A DNA stretch of 64,000 nucleotides from Chiloscyllium plagiosum (Eukaryota): assembly GCF_004010195.1 (NCBI RefSeq), contig NC_057718.1, positions 22,206,026 through 22,270,025 of the forward strand, in the 5' to 3' direction. Positions within the stretch are counted from its first letter, which is position 1. Each line of letters starts with the position of its first letter. This document shows, one piece after another, positions 60,300 through 64,000 of the stretch. The position numbers and the translations under genes are program-made. The notes under the pieces were generated by a model. It saw nothing but the letters and a program-made list of their open reading frames with translations. It was not told the DNA's origin and made no database searches.

Positions 60300-61634
60300 A
60301 TAACAGTCATTCTGGTTCATCTTAAACAATGATGGCAAAGCGAGGTGAAATCAATCATGTATCATACTGTAGGGAATCTACTCTAATATAATCTATGGAT
60401 TTTGTAGCAGGAATCAATGAGGATTGCTATGGGCAACCCCATCTTTAACTGCAGTAATTGTACTTCATTGACTGGATATTAGATAAGATAAAGAGACAAT
60501 AAAGGGCTCAAGTTATATGGTGGAAGAAGTGAAGTTGGGTGATGAAGGACAAAGAATCTCTAGAATCATTCAGTCATGTACTTTGCACCAGTGTTTCTCT
60601 TTATACAAGAATTAACCAACTAACCTGACCCTGGTGCTCACTACACTGATTTTCATTGATTTGAAAGCACAGAAGTGGCCCTTTCAGTCTGGCTGATTGT
60701 ATGGTATTTACACTGCACACAAACCTCCTCTCACCCTTCCTCATCCAACCCAGCTATAGACTTCTATTCCTTGTGTTTAACAAAGTTGCTCTTAAGATAT
60801 TTTCTTAACAATCTTTTCAAAGATGTTACTACATATCTTTGGAGCAGGTGGGACTTGAAAGTCCATCTATTCAGATTTAACCCATGTGCTACTCGTGGAT
60901 GAAAGCATCGCATTCACCTCCCAAGGTGAAGGAGTTTGCAGCAACAACTGAGCTGAGACCACACCAACAATTTTGTTTTCACACCTCATAGGTCTAATGC
61001 AATATTTCTTAAGAAACACCAGAAGGATCTTTCTTGAGAAGGATTGTGTCCACAGACTTAAAGTCAATTGTGTGTTTTTTTCTTAACCCTTATATAAAAT
61101 AACTGACAATCTAACTTCAGAATTCCTCAGAATGTAGAGACAGTGATATCGCTTATCATTTAGGCTTTAGCTAGAACAAAGCATTTTATTTTACAAAGCT
61201 GATGGAGCTGAGGGATTTCCAACAGGCCAGAAGTGTTTTTTAATTGAATTATTTATCAAGTGTTTTAGAGAAGCATTCAGGAGAATTTACACTGATATAT
61301 GGACTTCTTATAAAAAACCCAATATCTTCTGGAGAAATTTCTGCAATGAATACAAAATTGCATCATTGTTTTGGATCAATTAAAGTGTAACAATTTATTA
61401 TTATGACAGAAAAATAATAATCATTTTAAAATTGAAGCTTGGGTTCGAATTTTGCATTTCACTTTGACTATAAATCAAACTGGCTCAAATTTAAAAAATA
61501 AAATCTCAGTGTTATTTAAAAGATAGCACTAAAATGTCAACCTGTTGTGGAGCATGTGGTACTGTTTATAGGAGGGACCTGTGTCCAAACATTGTGCTAA
61601 AGGGATATCACTCACTTTCCAATACAAAATATTA

Positions 61635-62960
61635 ACAACTCCTTGTATTTATATAGCATCTTAAAAGTAACAAAATGTCTAAAGGTACTGCACATGAGCA
61701 TTATAAAACAAATATGACATCAGGCCACATAGACAATTTTAAGTCAGGTGACTAAAAGCTTGCTTAGGGAATGTGTTAAAAAGGTAAATTAGAAAGGTAT
61801 GGAAGTGTGGGGAGGCAATTTCAGAGTTTAGGACCTAGTCAACTGAAGGTATGAATGCCACTGATGAAAAAATTATAATTGTGGGTGCAGAGGAGACTAG
61901 ATTTAGAGGAACATAGATGAAAATTTCAGAGAGAGGGAGCAGTCTAAGACCACCATGTGATTGTTAAACTCAAGAAAAGACTCCCAATATTGGTCAGCAA
62001 ACATAGCAAGTGAATGCTGTGAGCTAAGACAATGGGTGGCAGAGTTTTTGATGATGTCAAGTTTAAGAAGGGGATCGTGGGAGTCAGGAGTGTGTTGCAG
62101 TTGTTGCTAGTTGAGATTCCAATGAATGGAGGCCTAGAAATAAGGTCACAGGTTAAATATAAGGGGTCTCCCATTTACGACCAAGATTAGGGATTTCTTC
62201 GCTCAGATGATTTTAGTGTTTAGAATTCTCTTCACCAGAGAGCAGCGGAAGCTATGTCATTGAACATATTCAAGGCTGAGTGTGACAAATTTAGATAAAC
62301 AAGGAGTTGGACAGGGAGTGGAGAAGGTGGACATGGTAGGCAGGAAAGTGGAGTCAAGGCCACAATAAGATCAGGCATGATTTTACTGAATGGTGGAGCA
62401 CAAATGATGGGCAAATGTCCTAATCCTGCAGCTATATCTTCAGTTTCTATGTTAAGAGTATAGAGGAAAATATAGAGGATTTCAGCAGCAGGTTAGCAGA
62501 GATTGCACGAGGTCAGATGATTGTATTGGGGATGGAAATAGACGATCTTAGTTTGAGGTTGGAAGCTCATCTCAGGATCAAATATGACACCAAGGTTGCA
62601 AACAGATTGGCTTAGTCTCAGAGTGTTGCTGAGGAGAAGGATGGAGTCAGTAGTTAGGGAACCATGTTTGGAGTGAATACAAACAATGGCTTCAGTTTTC
62701 ACAATATAGAATTAATAGAAATTTGTGGTCATCCAGTAATGAATGCCACATAAGCAGTCTGATAATTTAACGGCAGAAGAAATGAATGAAATAGTGGTAA
62801 GGGAAAGTTGAATGTTGTCAACATAAATGTGAAAAGACCATATGGTTGGAAAATAAGAGGGGTTCCGGGATAGGTCCTTGGGTATACCAGATGTAAAGTT
62901 GTAGGATCAGATAGAGAAGCATTGCAAGTCAGTCTCTGGCTGCAATGAGATAGAATTCAA
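61635..62960 (-). mobile_element. L2 LINE 3' half, decayed, interrupted by a CR1 3' fragment (~62130-62455, +)
   Basis: Minus strand reads TSGIPQG..PLLF, FHIYVDNIQL and KTEAIV..VCNLGVIFDPEMSF; tail on the reverse complement gctatataaatacaaggagttgtt. Confidence 0.82.
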
Positions 62961-63115
62961 ATAAAAGAAAAATCAACAATTACAACCAAGCTTATACATT
63001 ACATCTTGAATTTTTGATTCCTCAGCGAGATTGCAGAATCTGGACAATTCCAATCTTCTTGAACACAACCAAGAATGTGTGCGTTTTCAATCGGGTGGCT
63101 AGATTTTATAGCAGT

Positions 63116-63205
63116 TGAAACTTTATTGCTGGAACAGCACAGCAGGTCAGGCAGCATCCAGGGAACAGGAGATTCGACGTTTCGGGCACAGGCCCTTCTT
63201 CAGGA
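63116..63205 (-). mobile_element. 90-bp Penelope terminal-repeat insertion, 13-bp TSD
   Basis: TSD attttatagcagt at 63103-63115 and 63206-63218. Confidence 0.9.
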
Positions 63206-63207
63206 AT
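63172..63207 (-). ncRNA. Minimal type I hammerhead ribozyme motif, best-formed copy in the window
   Basis: Minus strand reads ATTC-CTGAAGA-A-GGGC-CTGT-GCCC-GAAA-CG-TC^GAAT. Stem I (ATTC/GAAT) and stem II (GGGC/GCCC) are perfect 4-bp stems; stem III is the palindrome ACGT. Confidence 0.72.
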
Positions 63208-63273
63208 TTTATAGCAGTCATGCTTGTCGCCCTTCCAGAAGGATTTCAGAGGCAGCTGCAGGAGTTGCTGAAA

Positions 63274-63580
63274 TTAGAATTAGAATGAGAATTAGCTTTT
63301 ATTGTTACATGTACTCACTCACATGAGTACAATGAAAAGTTAACAAGCTGCAACTTATGGTGCTATCTTAGGTACAAATGTACCTAGGCACAGAATCTTG
63401 GTATAAAGCAGAAAAATAAAGGGAGCAAGTTAAGAGTTAAACATTATAGTCCTTCGTACTAATACATAGAAGGACAGAGAAACACAGATAATAGTTCAAC
63501 ATCACAGTCCATAAATGCCTGGCCATGCTTGGCTCGCATGCCTCACATCAGTTCCACCATGTCCCCACCGCTGCCTCTGA
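63274..63580 (-). mobile_element. Retroposon 3' end with a Rex1-like tail
   Basis: (ttagaa)n followed by ttttattgttacatgt..tacaatgaaaagtt resembles the tail at 19205-19262. Confidence 0.5.
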
Positions 63581-63585
63581 CGACC

Positions 63586-64000
63586 TGCTCCCTCTCTCAC
63601 CCTCCCCTGGAACTGCCTGCTCCTCTCACCCTTCCTCTGAGACTGCCTGCTCACTCTCTCACACTCCCCTGAGACTGCCTGCTCCTCTCACCCTTCCTCT
63701 GAGACTGCCTGCTCCCTCTCTCACCCTCCTCTGGGACTGCATTCTCCCTCTCTCACCCTCCCCTGAGACTGCCTGCTCCTCTCACCCTTCCTCTGAGACT
63801 GCCTGCTCCCTCTCTCACCCTCCTCTGGGACTGCATTCTCCCTCTCTCACCCTCCCCTGAGACTGCCTGCTCCTCTCACCCTTCCTCTGAGACTGCCTGC
63901 TCCCTCTCTCACCCTCCTCTGGGACTGCATTCTCCCTCTCTCACCCTCCCCTGAGACTGCCTGCTCCTCTCACCCTTCCTCTGAGACTGCCTGCTCCCTC
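63586..64000. repeat. Pyrimidine-rich minisatellite, 30-32 bp monomers, 94-bp higher-order repeat; continues past the window
   Basis: Units ctgctcctctcacccttcctctgagactgc, ctgctccctctctcaccctcctctgggactgc and attctccctctctcaccctcccctgagactgc. The attc unit starts at 63741, 63835 and 63929. Confidence 0.97.

Noticed and set aside
63586..64000. CRISPR-like array
   Set aside because: The units are contiguous with no unique spacers, there are no cas genes and the context is eukaryotic.

Overview
This is a repeat-dense, AT-rich vertebrate genomic window that reads as intergenic or deep intronic. The repeat content (HE1-type V-SINEs, HER1/CR1 LINEs, Penelope-like elements) points to a cartilaginous fish, probably a shark; that assignment is an inference. 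I found no host protein-coding exon, tRNA/rRNA gene or CRISPR array that I can support. The long ORFs in the track are broken retroelement fragments or antisense shadows of them. Contents: many 5'-truncated CR1 LINE copies from several subfamilies, about 9 HE1-type SINEs, other tRNA-SINEs, L2 and Rex1/Babar remnants, and a decayed Gypsy pol with a nested Tigger-type MITE and solo LTR. There is also a decayed Harbinger element carrying a complex local duplication, Penelope GIY-YIG/RT fragments and a terminal minisatellite with a 94-bp higher-order period. The most notable signal is a dispersed set of very short (about 90-260 bp) Penelope terminal-repeat insertions. Most have 11-15 bp target-site duplications and carry a minimal type I hammerhead ribozyme motif, and several are self-inverted or tandem. 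Coordinates of TSDs, hammerheads and the duplication were counted by hand; boundaries of old, decayed elements are approximate (tens of bp).
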